A stretch of 62,792 nt of DNA, the filler included, from Craspedostauros australis (lineage: Eukaryota), in assembly GCA_030167865.1 (NCBI GenBank). It is 6 parts of 6 records of this genome, joined end to end, with 100 filler letters (N's around TTAATTAATTAA, not from the genome) between each part and the next. Parts side by side here need not be neighbours in the genome. Positions count along the whole stretch, not along the records: positions 1 to 11,664 come from JALAGF010005976.1; positions 11,765 to 32,062 come from JALAGF010005977.1; 4 more parts are not named here. One strand, written 5' to 3'. A program made the translations under genes and the position numbers. The notes under the pieces were generated by a model that saw only the letters and a list, made by a program, of their open reading frames with translations, was not told the origin of the DNA and made no database searches. This document shows, one piece after another, positions 1-12,056 of the stretch. Numbering within the stretch: the stretch's first letter is position 1; the number at the start of each line of letters is the position of its first letter.

Positions 1-329
1 ACCATGAGGAGGACCATGAACTGACGTCCCATGAGGTAGCGGTCGAGGTTGTCACCCTTGTGGGCGAGGGAGGTGCACTGGTGGGCGGTTGGGTGGGATT
101 CGACGTAGAGGTCGCGGTCGACTGGTGGGAGACCGACGAGGGAACCCTGTCCTCCCTCCACCATGTTGAGCCACACAAGGGCCGTGATCATGACGATCAG
201 GGCAACGGCTGGGTGGACCTCGGACGAGACCTTGGTCTGCTCATTGAAGATGAGTCCGCAGACGATGGTGATCGAGAAGATGAGGAGTCCGGTGGAGTAC
301 ACCGACTTGATGAGCTGAATGGGATCCAT
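1..329 (-). CDS. SIT: Diatom silicon (silicic acid) transporter, 5' part; runs off the window start
   Basis: Manual translation from ATG at 329: MDPIQLIKSVYSTGLLIFSITIVCGLIFNEQTKVSSEVHPAVALIVMITALVWLNMVEGGQGSLVGLPPVDRDLYVESHPTAHQCTSLAHKGDNLDRYLMGRQFMVLLM. Two TM helices plus the SIT signature GXQ motifs (MVEGGQ, YLMGRQ). Not in the ORF track because there is no stop inside the window. Confidence 0.95.
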   Translation of the reverse strand, partial: MDPIQLIKSVYSTGLLIFSITIVCGLIFNEQTKVSSEVHPAVALIVMITALVWLNMVEGGQGSLVGLPPVDRDLYVESHPTAHQCTSLAHKGDNLDRYLMGRQFMVLLM

Positions 330-1339
330 CTTGCTTGTTGTTGTGTTTGCTTGTTGATACTCTGGTTGTTGCTGTGAATGAGCGTTGCAGAGATTGCAAG
401 ATTTGAGATTGTGAGATGAAGGAGGAGTGAAGAATGGAAGTCGATTTGAGTTGACGATCTTTGTTGGTGTTTGCGTGGTGTTTGTGTGGCGTTTGCCTGG
501 TGATAGTGCGTGTTATTGACACCGTCGATACCGTTGACACTGTTGTTGCCTGTGGTTGTCTGGTACATCTCTGTATTGGGATGTTCCAACATTTTCCTGT
601 TTGGTTGTTGTCGTTTGTACGCGAAAAATGAGCGAAAATCAGTCCGTGAGATTCACCCTGATGGCCGGCGCATGCGACATGTGTTTGAATTATGAGTATT
701 CATACCTTATTACCTTCAAATGAAGATGAAAACGCCAATGATGACTGGCATGACATTCGCGGAACAAATGCCCAAACGCATTGGTTTCGAAAATAACGGA
801 TCCAAAACGATCGCATCGAGACGTGCACGTGTTTCAAACAAAGCGAGTCCTGTTAGGGATTTGAAATCCCGCTTGCTCTATCCTCATCGACGTAACCAAG
901 CGATCCTTTCAGTAGAGATAGTTCAGCCCAAGCCAACCACATGACGCAGAGGTGGTCTCCCAAAAACAAGATTCATGGAGGATTCAAATGAAAGATGGAA
1001 AGGTCGCAGCGTTTCGCAATTCGAGGAGGATGTCTGGCTGGGCACTGTTGCCTGCAGAAGTGCTAGGTCGTAGAACTAAGACGACTCAGCTGAACTCAAC
1101 TCCATCTTGTTTTCTTCAGATGTCCTTGGCCTTACTTTCGCTGGTGGAGACATAGAGGGGGATCGGATAAGGTTACCGCCGATTGAATGAAGGTATTCGT
1201 ATCACCTATTATACCACGCATCAGTAACTGAAGTGAAGCTCTGCCCGAATTTACCTTCCATTGACGACGCAAGATCCTTTGGGCTGCAATCGCACTCATA
1301 CACAAGCACCATTCTGTTGGAATTTGCTCGTTGTCTCCA

Positions 1340-3166
1340 CTAAAGTTTTGATCTACGCGGTGCTGGATCGTTCTGATTGTCGATTGTGGACCCATCCCGC
1401 ATTATTGCCAGAGTGGATTCGATCGTCGACAAAAGCGCTTTCAGCTCGCGTTCCGTATTGTGAGCGTGGATGATGATGCGGACCCTCTCCTCCCCCTTCG
1501 GCACTGTCGGCGAGCGGATGGGGTACAGCAGGATGGTTCGGTTTGAAAGTCGCCAAACCAAGTTGCAGAACTGGACGCATCGTCCGTTACCAGGCACCAG
1601 CAGAGCCTGGATCGGGGTGGAGGATTTGACGACTCCGATGTGAAGATCTTGATTCCTTTGGATGATGGAGTTCATTTGGTGGCGGAAGGCTTTGATAAGC
1701 AGCTTGACTTTTTGTCGCAGCATCTCGCCTTCGTGGCTTGTCACCGTGTCATACGAACAGCCGATGGATACGAGGGAATGGACGGGCATAGATGTCGAGT
1801 ACATGATTGGGCGTCCGTAATTGTACAGGTACTCCTTCAGCATGGTGGATCCGCACACCACCGCGCCATGGCAGCCGGCAGCTTTGCCGAAAGTGTAGAC
1901 TGTCGCGAGCAAGGCCGGGTGCTCTTCCAGTCCGAGTTCCTCCAACATCCCTGTGCCTGTGTTGCCGTACACGCCAAAACCATGGGCTTCGTCCACGACC
2001 ACGCACGCTTGATATTGAGATGCGAGCTGAAAGATCTCTACCAATGGCGCCACGTCGCCATCCATGCTGTACACGCTTTCGACGACTATGAGGATGCGAC
2101 GATCCCTTGCATGTTTCGATGCTGCTTGCAATTTGCGGTCGAGATCGACGACATCGTTGTGACGAAATGATTGAAGTACGTACCCTTCGCTGAGTTTGAT
2201 GCCCATCCTGAGACTGTTGTGGTTGAGCTCGTCCATGATCACGGTGGCATTCCTACTGAGCGTGGAAAGCACGGCCAGGTTGGCATCGTAGCCGCTGTTG
2301 CAAAGCATCGCCGCGGGTCGGCGATGGATCGATGCGAGCCTTTGCTCCAAGCTCTGCGCATACGTTGAGTCTCCAGTCAACAGTCGACTTCCTGTCGAGC
2401 CAACCAGCCGCTGGTGGGGCGGAAGCGATGATAATTCCTTCTCAACGATGCGCTGCTGATGACGGCTTTGAGAGAGGCCAAGGTAGTCATTGCTTGAGAA
2501 GTCGATCGTTCCAGGTTGATGGTACGGTGTCAGCTTACGCAACGAGCCCACCTCATGACGACGCCGAAGCGCAGGCGCGATCAATGAGGCCTCGAATCGT
2601 TGCGCCGGGGTCTGACTTGTGGAGGATAGTGTTGGCGCAGCGCTGATGCTGTTCGTATTGGGAAGAGTCCCCAGGCTCACATCGTGATGGGAGTCAACAT
2701 GGCATGACTTGCTGTTGTCATCCACCGCACCTCTCATCGTGCGGATATTGGTACACGGAATTGGAGCATGCGCTTCGTTGCTCTTGCTGGAGGTTGAGCC
2801 TGCTTGTGCATGTGCATCAGCTGAGCCAACTTTCTTCCGTGATGCGTTGACGGTGATGGTGGTGATGGTGACGGTAGGCATGTTGGCGATTCGTGGGGAC
2901 GGAGGTGGTTGTGCTCTTGTTGGCATTCTGGTTGATGTCTGTGACGCGAGATCTTTCTCTGTTCTTCTTGTGGCAGACATTTGCTTCTTTGGATCTTTGT
3001 GGAGCCTTGTTTGTGGGTGTTGATGGTTGGTGGGAAAGAAAACGGCGCCAAAAGTCATCGAGTCACGATCATGATTCCTTCCAAGGTTGATTCCAGTCAC
3101 ATGTTCGTCATGTTTCGCTTTTCGCTTTTCACTTTTCTTCTTTTGTGTCTCTGTGCTCTTCCACAT
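1340..3166 (-). CDS. bioF: 8-amino-7-oxononanoate (KAPA) synthase, PLP-dependent class II aminotransferase fold, with C-terminal PTS1; true start probably downstream of 3166
   Basis: Motifs DFSSNDYLGL, GSTGSRLLTG, SGYDANL, DELNHNS, ESVYSMDGD, VDEAHGFG, TFGKAAG (PLP Lys) and IRSPTVPKGEERVRI. Ends in ...RRSKL*. Confidence 0.92.
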   Translation of the reverse strand: MWKSTETQKKKSEKRKAKHDEHVTGINLGRNHDRDSMTFGAVFFPTNHQHPQTRLHKDPKKQMSATRRTEKDLASQTSTRMPTRAQPPPSPRIANMPTVTITTITVNASRKKVGSADAHAQAGSTSSKSNEAHAPIPCTNIRTMRGAVDDNSKSCHVDSHHDVSLGTLPNTNSISAAPTLSSTSQTPAQRFEASLIAPALRRRHEVGSLRKLTPYHQPGTIDFSSNDYLGLSQSRHQQRIVEKELSSLPPHQRLVGSTGSRLLTGDSTYAQSLEQRLASIHRRPAAMLCNSGYDANLAVLSTLSRNATVIMDELNHNSLRMGIKLSEGYVLQSFRHNDVVDLDRKLQAASKHARDRRILIVVESVYSMDGDVAPLVEIFQLASQYQACVVVDEAHGFGVYGNTGTGMLEELGLEEHPALLATVYTFGKAAGCHGAVVCGSTMLKEYLYNYGRPIMYSTSMPVHSLVSIGCSYDTVTSHEGEMLRQKVKLLIKAFRHQMNSIIQRNQDLHIGVVKSSTPIQALLVPGNGRCVQFCNLVWRLSNRTILLYPIRSPTVPKGEERVRIIIHAHNTERELKALLSTIESTLAIMRDGSTIDNQNDPAPRRSKL

Positions 3167-3417
3167 TCACACATCACCCCATCATGGACATCACCACCCA
3201 CGCTGCACAGATGTGCGCTTCCCTGATCTTCGTCTTCAGGAAGCTCGTTGCACCAAACTTGCAAACACCTCACATAAAATCACAACAACGACCACAACAA
3301 CGACCACAACAATCACATCTCTCACATACAGACATAAACCAGCCTCGACCTCGATTCCAAACCCCAACCACATCGTACTCCCAATCCAAGCTCCAACCCA
3401 ACACACTCATCATCACC

Positions 3418-3762
3418 ATGGCTCCATCTGCAACCACCGCCAACCCCCATTTCGGTACCGTGCAAAGCTTCCTTGACGCGCTCGAAGCCCAGCAAGATTA
3501 TGCTGCAGCAGGCGCGTTCTTGGCCGACGATTTCAAGATGACAACCCCCAAGTTCAGCTTCAGCACCAAGCAGGAATGGATGGACAAGTTCCCTTCCGTT
3601 CACAAGGATGGTCCCGTCTTCGGAGACCTCGAGGTGAATGCCGCAGGCAAGATCGGGCGCAAGGGCAAGAAGAAGGTGGCGCTCATCAATCTCAGTCTCT
3701 ATGAGACGTACCACCTTACGGACGATGGCATGATCGAATCCATCACGGTCGCAAGAAACTGA
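3418..3762 (+). CDS. Small NTF2/SnoaL-like fold protein
   Basis: ATG at 3418 after an AC-rich leader. Pattern VQSFLDALEAQQDYAAAGAFLADDFKM...ETYHLTDDGMIESITV fits a SnoaL-like fold. Codon usage is coding-like. Confidence 0.6.
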   Translation: MAPSATTANPHFGTVQSFLDALEAQQDYAAAGAFLADDFKMTTPKFSFSTKQEWMDKFPSVHKDGPVFGDLEVNAAGKIGRKGKKKVALINLSLYETYHLTDDGMIESITVARN

Positions 3763-6222
3763 TTTGATACAAGTAGAATCACCGGCGTCGTGAGCGCTTG
3801 GAAAAGGAGCCAGCACAATCCCTATTGCCTATGACCCATAGCAGTGAACGATGCTACAGTCGCGCCCAGTCGTAACTCAGATTTTCGTACAATGTATTAT
3901 ACCTTCTATTGGAGGCACACGATACAGCAATCCTGCTGCCCAAGACACAAACGCACGCATGTAGTCTCGTAATAGAATGAGAAAACGCGTTCGTCTAATT
4001 CTATAATTGTATACGAATATGCTGAATCAATGGCACTTGCCCACTTCACCCTATCATTATAGTTGGCTGGCCTGCTGGAGCTGAGTGACTGGAACAAACT
4101 CGCTTCATGCGGTCGCATAGCTTGACAGAGAGGAATCGGGGCACGCTGAGCATGAGCAGTCCGATCATGAGATGACATCACACATGGTCAATTGCAACTT
4201 TTCATTCCGCTCCAAATGGGAGCGCGGTGGATGACAGCCACGTTACAAGTCGTGTGTATTCTATTTGTCATCGCTGTTGTGGAGGAACAACGAAAGTCTG
4301 GAGCGAGGTGAGCAAGAGCGTCACCCAAATGGATCACAACAGGGTGGCACGAACGCCGCTGCCAACACATCACTCGTTTGAGTCGGCTTGTGTGATGACG
4401 AGCTCGACATCGATGTCGCGTGGCGAGATCCAACCATGAAATCAACAAACCAAAGAAAACAAGAGAGCAAGAGGGTAGATTGGCGGTTCTGCCACCTCTG
4501 TTGAAGATGTGTTGCTTGTTAGGCAATGCAATAGCATACTGTGAACAATCTATTTTATGCGTTCTCAGCGCTGCTGGGCGGGTTCGCTCATCTAGACGTA
4601 GTATCTATCATGATGATGCTGAAACAAACGAGGAACAAGGCTTTTGCACTGCATCCAATGGAACCTGCATGAGCTGTATTGCGGACACACGTGTAATGGG
4701 CTCCTCTCTCCAGCAAGAGAGAGACCACAAGAGCTCAAGTGATGTTCAAACATGCTTGCGACAGAATATCTCGAGCAGAACTCACATGAGCAACCTTGAT
4801 TGATGTCCTGCTATCCGTGGTCTCAGTGACCTGCTCTGTTCTGCTCGTACTCGTATCACAGTTCCATACTGCCTGTGTCGCAATCGCAGCATTCGTGTCA
4901 AATGAGCAACTGCTTCTGACGGCTGTGCAGCCTCCACCAGCTCTGCTTGAAGTCGATTGGAGAGGAAAGGGTGAAGTGTCTTTTGTTGCTGCGCCTCTAC
5001 ACGGAGAGAGGCACTGTTGGGAAAGGGTCCGTTGTTGTGTTGAGATGATAGCGATGATGTCTCCATTGTGAGTGTCTCTGGTTTTGTGGTTCTGTGTGAC
5101 ACAGATCACCTGAAACTCCATGCAACTCTTGCAGCCAACAGCCAGTCAAGGATTCCAAAACTCTATTGACCAAGCAGACTCTTGCAAGTATGTAGGCGCA
5201 AGCGCGGAAGAGTGGAGAGAGGTGCGGGAGCCTGCGGTATCCGATGTCCGTCGTCCACGGTATCCTTAATTATGCTTTTGTGAATCACGGTTGCGCTTTG
5301 TCCAAACACCCCAAGCCTGCATGAATTTGTCGCTCGCCGAACCTTGAATCAAGACGACTGTGAGTGATCCTCTTGGGATCGTACCAAAGCTCCACTGAGT
5401 ACCAAGACCAAAGTAATCATTTCTGGTTGATATTTGTACTTGTCAACGAGTTCTTCAACGAAGACCGCGGAACGCACTTGTGGTGAGCGAATGCAGACTC
5501 AATAAATAAAGATGGCATTTACTGTGTTCGACGGAAATATCTTTTCCAGAGCACACATCAACACCTGCAACGCTGAAGATTGATTCACCCGCGCATCTGA
5601 GTCGCCCCGAACCCTGGCAGATGCTGCGCGAGCTGCAACTGCGGCACAGTCGTGAACTCAAGTCCTCGCGTGAAGACATAGCGCATCGTATGCAAAGTTG
5701 CACACGTGGCGCGTCCAAACTCGCGCCTGGCAAAATGGTCGAGAGGCAATCAATTGCGTCTCTGCGCCATACTCGAAGCAACTGGGACCACGCCATACCA
5801 ATACATTCACGTACTCGTAGGTGTGCTCGAACGAGCCGGCTGTTTGCAATTCCGACGCTCGGGTAGCAAACCTGCGCAACCATTCAACCAGCTGACAGAA
5901 ACCATAGGACAAGTACAGACAAGTACAGACAAGTGCAGACACACAATTAATACGCTCCGACAGTGCAAGCAGCAACATCACCAGCAGCAGAAACGACAAC
6001 AACGACAACAACGACAACAACAGAGACGCATTCATCTGTTTCCGTCTCATGTCAGCCCTGATCAACTCACAATTTTCCAACGCTAATAATCTTCAAGCTC
6101 GGCCTTCACGAAGCAAGCACCCTGCAACCCCATCCATTCCGCTACTAGTAACAGCAACCAACCACGGTAACCAAACGGCAATGCACAAGAGCAAACAGCA
6201 AATACCAACTAGAACAGCCATC

Positions 6223-7140
6223 ATGATGCTCAACACTACACGAGTCCTGCCAACGACCTACACTCCATTTCCGCACACCATCCTGATTGGCAAAGGCAAG
6301 CGGTGTACCTCCGCCACTGGCAACAAGCGCCTGGCTTGCGTCATCGAAATGTACCGCAATGCCTACTTGGCCGCATCCAACAGGCAGCAAAAGACGGATA
6401 TCGTCACCGACATCATCGAGATGGTGAAGGTGTCCAATGTCGGCCCCGCGCCTTTCGTCAAGTTCCACGGCGGTCGGTGGTACGAGATGAACGAAAGCGC
6501 TGCCAGGACCAAGGTCGGCTGCATGATCCGTGACGCTCTGTCTTCAAACTACAAGTCCAGCACGCAGCTCCGCGTCAATCGCCGACGGGCAATGCAGCAG
6601 GCTCTCACAAAAGCGCAGCTGGCCCTAACCCATTCGTCTGCATTTCAACTCAGCGGGTTGTCCGGTGCGAGCGCGGACAGCCGAAGCGAGGCTGTTCGCA
6701 GCATCCCATCCCCGGAGACCCAATCAGCCCCCACGTTCTCCCAGACCCAGGATATCATCCCAGGATCTTCCGCACATACAAGCCTTGCCAGGCTAGTTTC
6801 GGATCATGACCACACATCCGATGATGGAAGTCATTCGACACAAACCGTGGCGGGAAGAGAACAGTCTTCGCAAACTCCCATTTCGCCAGCGGGAAGAGCT
6901 GTGCAGCTGCTACAACCTTCAGCGGCTTCGCAACAAGCCTTCAGCTCTCAGAACAACACCGTGGCACAGTTACCAGCCAACGGCACGGGCCGCATTCCCA
7001 AATCGACGCTTCATGTCATAGAATGCGACATCGAAAAGGCAAAGACATGGGCATGCTTTGACGACGCCATGAACTTCCACGAAGTTGGTGATAGTGCACT
7101 TGCTATGGACATCAAGAACTTTGAACTCTACAACGTGTGA
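6223..7140 (+). CDS. DUF6824-domain protein (diatom-expanded putative DNA-binding family); start uncertain
   Basis: ILIGKGKRC..ATGNKRL..VIEMYRNAY..ASNRQQKTDIVTDII..V...FVKFHGGRWYEM..SAARTKVG.MIRD matches the DUF6824 pattern, followed by a low-complexity tail. Confidence 0.8.
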   Translation: MMLNTTRVLPTTYTPFPHTILIGKGKRCTSATGNKRLACVIEMYRNAYLAASNRQQKTDIVTDIIEMVKVSNVGPAPFVKFHGGRWYEMNESAARTKVGCMIRDALSSNYKSSTQLRVNRRRAMQQALTKAQLALTHSSAFQLSGLSGASADSRSEAVRSIPSPETQSAPTFSQTQDIIPGSSAHTSLARLVSDHDHTSDDGSHSTQTVAGREQSSQTPISPAGRAVQLLQPSAASQQAFSSQNNTVAQLPANGTGRIPKSTLHVIECDIEKAKTWACFDDAMNFHEVGDSALAMDIKNFELYNV

Positions 7141-9427
7141 TGAGCACGAAGACCTTGGCCAAGGATGAATGTATGAATGGAATGAACGACATTTGGCTGT
7201 ACTTTTGCATATACACATATAATAGTATGAATTCTACACAGACCTCTATGCGCTGTCATATAAATTGAGTACGCTTCGACTGTCTGTTTGGAATGCTCTG
7301 CTCGTACGAGTAGAGTGCTCTGCGCTGTTGTCTGTCACCAGATCTATATGTGCCCGCTTGTGAAAGAGAGAAGTGCGGAGTGCGAGGAATCGAGAGCGTT
7401 GCACGATCCGGAATTGGGAAAACAGTATCGCTCTACACGCGATGACGACCACACCTACGTGCAATGCATCCAAAACAACGACCAAGGTCACACATGGTTG
7501 GAGACAGGCATTCGTACGCAAGCATATCGTTTGGGAAACCTCAATGGGATTGTTTGCTCAAGTACACCGCTGCATTATGTATTGACGAGGAACGATGAAG
7601 TATAGTTGTACTCGTAGAGAAATCAAGATGTTAGTGCACATTCCAGGCAGCGTTAGGCGAGAGCCGACTCTCGTTTCTGAGCGCACAAAACATTGGCAAT
7701 GAAAATCCAGGATACTCTGAGCTCCATGCAAAGATTCTACCATTATCTGTGATTCCATGCTGTATGGCTAGTGACGAGCCTTCATTGCGAAGGTTTCTTG
7801 CGTATGTAGCTCTGTCGATCCTCTTCGTTGTGGAGGAGCAAAAGCGCGATCGCCTAAGCAAAACACATGTGTGATGATGACGCCATTTCATTGATCACTG
7901 CACGTCGTCACACTCTACGGCTGTTGCAGCATGCTGCTTGTTGAGCCTCTCTTTCCTCGATTCGCACCAGCACGCGTCCGCCATGTTCACGACGTCATAC
8001 CGTATTGGGTCAATGACTGCCATCATTGTTTGTAGCTGACTGCGTTCTTGGTTCTGATCATCAGCTGACATCATCGACGAGAACTGGACCGGGCGGAAGT
8101 TGTCACCTAGCATGGCATCTGACGTTCTGTAATCTGAGGTTGGCGATCGTTGGCATCGCTGCTCGCATCCCGCTCGCCTCTTGCAGTGGAGTCAGAGGTG
8201 TTGCTTGGTTGTCCCTTGCTGCCTTTCGATCGCTTCGTGCTTGTTGCTATCTGCCTTCGGCTGGCTTCGACAGCTCGTTTGCATTCAACCTCCTCCGGGC
8301 TTGATCATTGGTTCCTAGGATCTATCCCGCTCGGTGCTTGCCGCCCTCGGCATACCGACAGTCTCTCCGTACCGTATTGATACCCTGCTGTCAGCCATCG
8401 ATACTCCAGCAGCAGACCCAATCTACGCGCATATTTGCCACGAATGCGCTGCAACTCAGACCAAGCTGCTGATAGCGAAGCAGGATACGGACAGCTTTGT
8501 CGATCCAAGATTCACAGCCTCTACCTTCCCACATGGCTTGCCTGCGTTTGCTCTACTCTACTCTTGATGACAGTCGCACAGCTCGAGCAACTTCCATGCC
8601 ACAGTTGGCGTTGGCGTTGGCGTTGATGTTGATAATCATGTTCATGTTCATGTTCATGCTATTGCCATTGCTATTGCCATTCTTCTTTACCCGCATTATC
8701 ATTACCAACATCCAATAAATCAGCATAGGTGCATTCTCGCACATAGAGTAGATGGATAGACAGCAACTGCTGTTCCTCGCGCATCTGCGATTTACGCTCT
8801 CTCGAGCTATTGCTTCTCCGACTACGCGACCGGCGTTATTGTTGCCTCCGCCAAGTCCTCTCTATGCCTACTATCTATCACACCTGAGGACCCTGCCGGT
8901 CTACATGGTCGTCAACTTCTCGATTCAATCCGACATGCAATTTCTTCCATTCACAATTCCGCAACGAATTGGGTCTGGCTTTGTCCAAATTCGCACAGTC
9001 ATTTTTGGACAATCGTGAATAGCTTCAATGCACAAATGATGACGAAGAGTTTTGTTGGGGTGGCATCGCAGTTATGAAAACCACACGAAGGAGAACGTTC
9101 GCATCCCTGCGCCCGTTGCCTGCGTTGGTAGCGGGTACGAAAGTGTCGCCTTCAGTTGAGATTCAATGAGGGACAGACTATTACCGGATACGGTATCAAC
9201 CAGATGAGAGAAATTCTTGTTTTGGCGCGAAATCTTCCGACTTGATCGACCACCAAACCTTTTTCTCCTCCTTTCTCTCCTCCATTCACGAATCCATCAT
9301 GACTCAAACATGACCGACCTGACTCACAATCCACCTTGGGAACTATATGCTCCTCAGATCCCTTTACTGCAACATATCTCGATTCCCTCCATGCTGATGA
9401 CTACTGCACCACTGCCGTAGTCTTAAC

Positions 9428-9920
9428 GCGTGTATCCAACCTGCTTCAACACAAGCAATGGAATCCGAGAGCCAGCTCCAACCACAGCCACTGCTTCATG
9501 NNNNNNNNNNNNNNNNNNNNNNNNNNNNNNNNNNNNNNNNNNNNNNNNNNGCCAGCTCCAACCACAGCCACTGCTTCATGGTCGTCACTGCCATGTGCCA
9601 TGATCTACACTGCAGTGTATCTACGTGTGTGGAGGGCAAGGCGCTGTAATGACTGTATACCCTGTAGCACTGAACCAAGTACATCAGTGCAGGGTCTCGC
9701 CAAGTTGTGTGGCATCGTTTCTTCACCCTACTAACACTACAAGCTAACTCATAATAAACACAGACAAGGATTAGCTACAAAGCACTCTACTACTCATCGT
9801 TACAGTAACAACTCTTCAAACAGCACACCTCTCTTGAACTGCATCACACGGCTATCCCGAAGTCGGCAGATTCACGAGGCATTCTCCACCGATTCGCGAC
9901 GTCTACGCCCGAATCCTAAC
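9428..9920. repeat. Dispersed repeat, copy 1 (inverted relative to 31648-32062)
   Basis: Blocks such as gcagggtctcgccaagttgtgtggcatcgtttcttcaccctactaacac and tctccaccgattcgcgacg are reverse complements of sequence in 31648-32062. Interrupted by the N gap at 9501-9550. Confidence 0.85.
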
Positions 9921-10354
9921 TCCTTCTATCTCCAAGCAGGCTTCGATCTCTACGCGTACTCTGCTCCATGCTCCATTGGCACAGCAATGGTCGCAAGTAT
10001 AGTCGTAGTGGTTGTGAAACTACTTTGGCCTTCCTCACGCCATGACAGCATCACATGGAGTACCATACTCTTCACTCTCCCGAGTATACACGGCATCAAA
10101 ACCACCACATCCATACACAACGCAATCATCACAGCACAAAGCACACGACATCCAGCACACAAGCGAGGTGATCTTGCGAGATCATTTCACACGGCCATCA
10201 AGACGACTCTGCATCTCATAAATCCAACCGAATCGTCAAAAGCATCAACCATCGTCCGTCGACAAGCGACCATCGTCCGTTGACGTCCATCGACGTCTAT
10301 TTAAGAGCCAACAATCGACAACAACAATCAACAACCAAGAAACATCGAGCAACC

Positions 10355-11664
10355 ATGATGTACATCAAAGCAGTCATCATCAGCGCCGCCATCATCTCCA
10401 ACTCGGCAATGGCCGAAGCTGGTCTCCGAGGAGACAAGCACGCGGAGAATCAGGCGAAGAAGTACGCGGATACGGTCACAGATGGGACCACGGATGAGGC
10501 CACTGCCGAGGCCATGGACGCAAGCGACGAGATGCATCTCGCCTTGTGGGTCAACCGCATGCTCAAGGCCTCCGTTCTCAACAACGATGGTAACTTCGAT
10601 GAAGGTGAAACCAAGTCCACGAAGATGAACAAGAACACCAACGCCAACGACAGAGGCGACGACGGCGATGGTTGCGATGGTTGCGGCGTTGTGGATGAAT
10701 CCGCCCGTCCGACGCTCATACCTTCAACCTCCATTGCTCTCATCCCGACCTCTTCACCTACCGACAAAGAGACTCCTCCAACAACTGCGTCGCCGTCTGG
10801 CACGCCCTCAACGCCCTCAACGCGCCCTGTCACCCAACCAACCTCTTCACCAACCTCCCAGCCAACCCTCCTACCAACTGCCAAGCCATCAGCTCCCCCA
10901 GCCATCTTCGATTCCAACATCGAAGTCGTTTGCAAGCCGGATGGTGTGACCGTCCTCACACCAGAAGAGGCGACCGCCAAGACCATCATCTGCGATGCGA
11001 ACAAGCCATCCTGCCGCGAGGCCATCACCGCCGTCAAGGAATCCGAGCAACTGCAAAACTTCTTTGGGTGCGCAGGAGACCTCGGCGAAGGAGCTGCACG
11101 CAAGCTATTCAACAAGTACGCATCGGACGACATGCTCGCTGGCCAATTGGTCCTGATCGCTGCTACCAAGCCGCTCCTCGTCACCGAACGACCAGATGCA
11201 ATGAAGGAGGCGTGCATGACCATCGGAATGGCCCGGCCACCTCTCGTCGCCACCCCATGCTGCCAAGGACCCTTGGGATGCACCTCAGTCACCGGTTCCG
11301 CCTCCAAATCCTCTCCATTCATGACCATCGCCATCACTGCCTGCACCGGCGACAGCGCATGCAAAGATATGGGCCCCAATCCCCTCATTCTCGATTCCTC
11401 CTGCACTGGCACAAGTGCATGCGAGTTGATGAATGAGAACGAGATCAATCCCTTCATCACGGGAATCACCTTCGTCGGTGAGATGGCATGGACCACCCCT
11501 CAATCTTGTGAGGGAGTGGGACGCCGCTCCCATGGTGATGTCACCATCCAGACCGGCGCATGCATCGGATCAGACGCATGCAACTCAGCCGGCCGCCGCG
11601 TTGTGCAGAAGGCACCATCATATCGCTTCCGCAGCCACATCGACATCGGGGCGAATGCGTGCGT
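10355..11664 (+). CDS. Secreted/cell-surface protein with PT-rich linker and Cys-rich repeats; 3' end truncated by the contig end
   Basis: Signal peptide MMYIKAVIISAAIISNSAMA, then LRG and WVNRMLKAS, PTSSPT-type repeats, and repeated (A/S)CxGxxAC units (ACTGDSAC, SCTGTSAC, ACIGSDAC, GANAC). Confidence 0.8.
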
Positions 11665-11764
11665 NNNNNNNNNNNNNNNNNNNNNNNNNNNNNNNNNNNN
11701 NNNNNNNNTTAATTAATTAANNNNNNNNNNNNNNNNNNNNNNNNNNNNNNNNNNNNNNNNNNNN
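11665..11764. other. Artificial contig linker (N44-TTAATTAATTAA-N44); the same linker occurs at 32063-32162, 53923-54022, 57571-57670 and 59975-60074
   Basis: Identical 100-bp structure five times. TTAATTAATTAA places stop codons in all six frames. Confidence 0.97.
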
Positions 11765-12056
11765 GAAAACCCTGCAATATCCTGCATGCACATCGTCTTG
11801 GTTCAGTCGCCACACCACGCCATGTCACGCCGCGGCACCGGCGACTTCATCAACGCCACAAGAAGATGGTCCGCAGAAGCAGCAGGATTGGAAGTGTACT
11901 TCCGCTCCGTTTCCTTTCGTGCTGCTCGATGCGGTCTCCTGGTACAAAGCTCGACACCGNAGCGGCGTTGCGGATGCGAGACCCGCTCCATCCATCCATT
12001 GCGGACGGACTACCCAGGTACGAATCGTCCGGGACCATCTTGGGCGGCACATTGTC

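Noticed and set aside
11709..11720. Recurrent TTAATTAATTAA palindrome (five copies) as a biological repeat or recombination site
   Set aside because: Always centred in exactly 44+44 Ns, so it is an artificial six-frame-stop contig linker.
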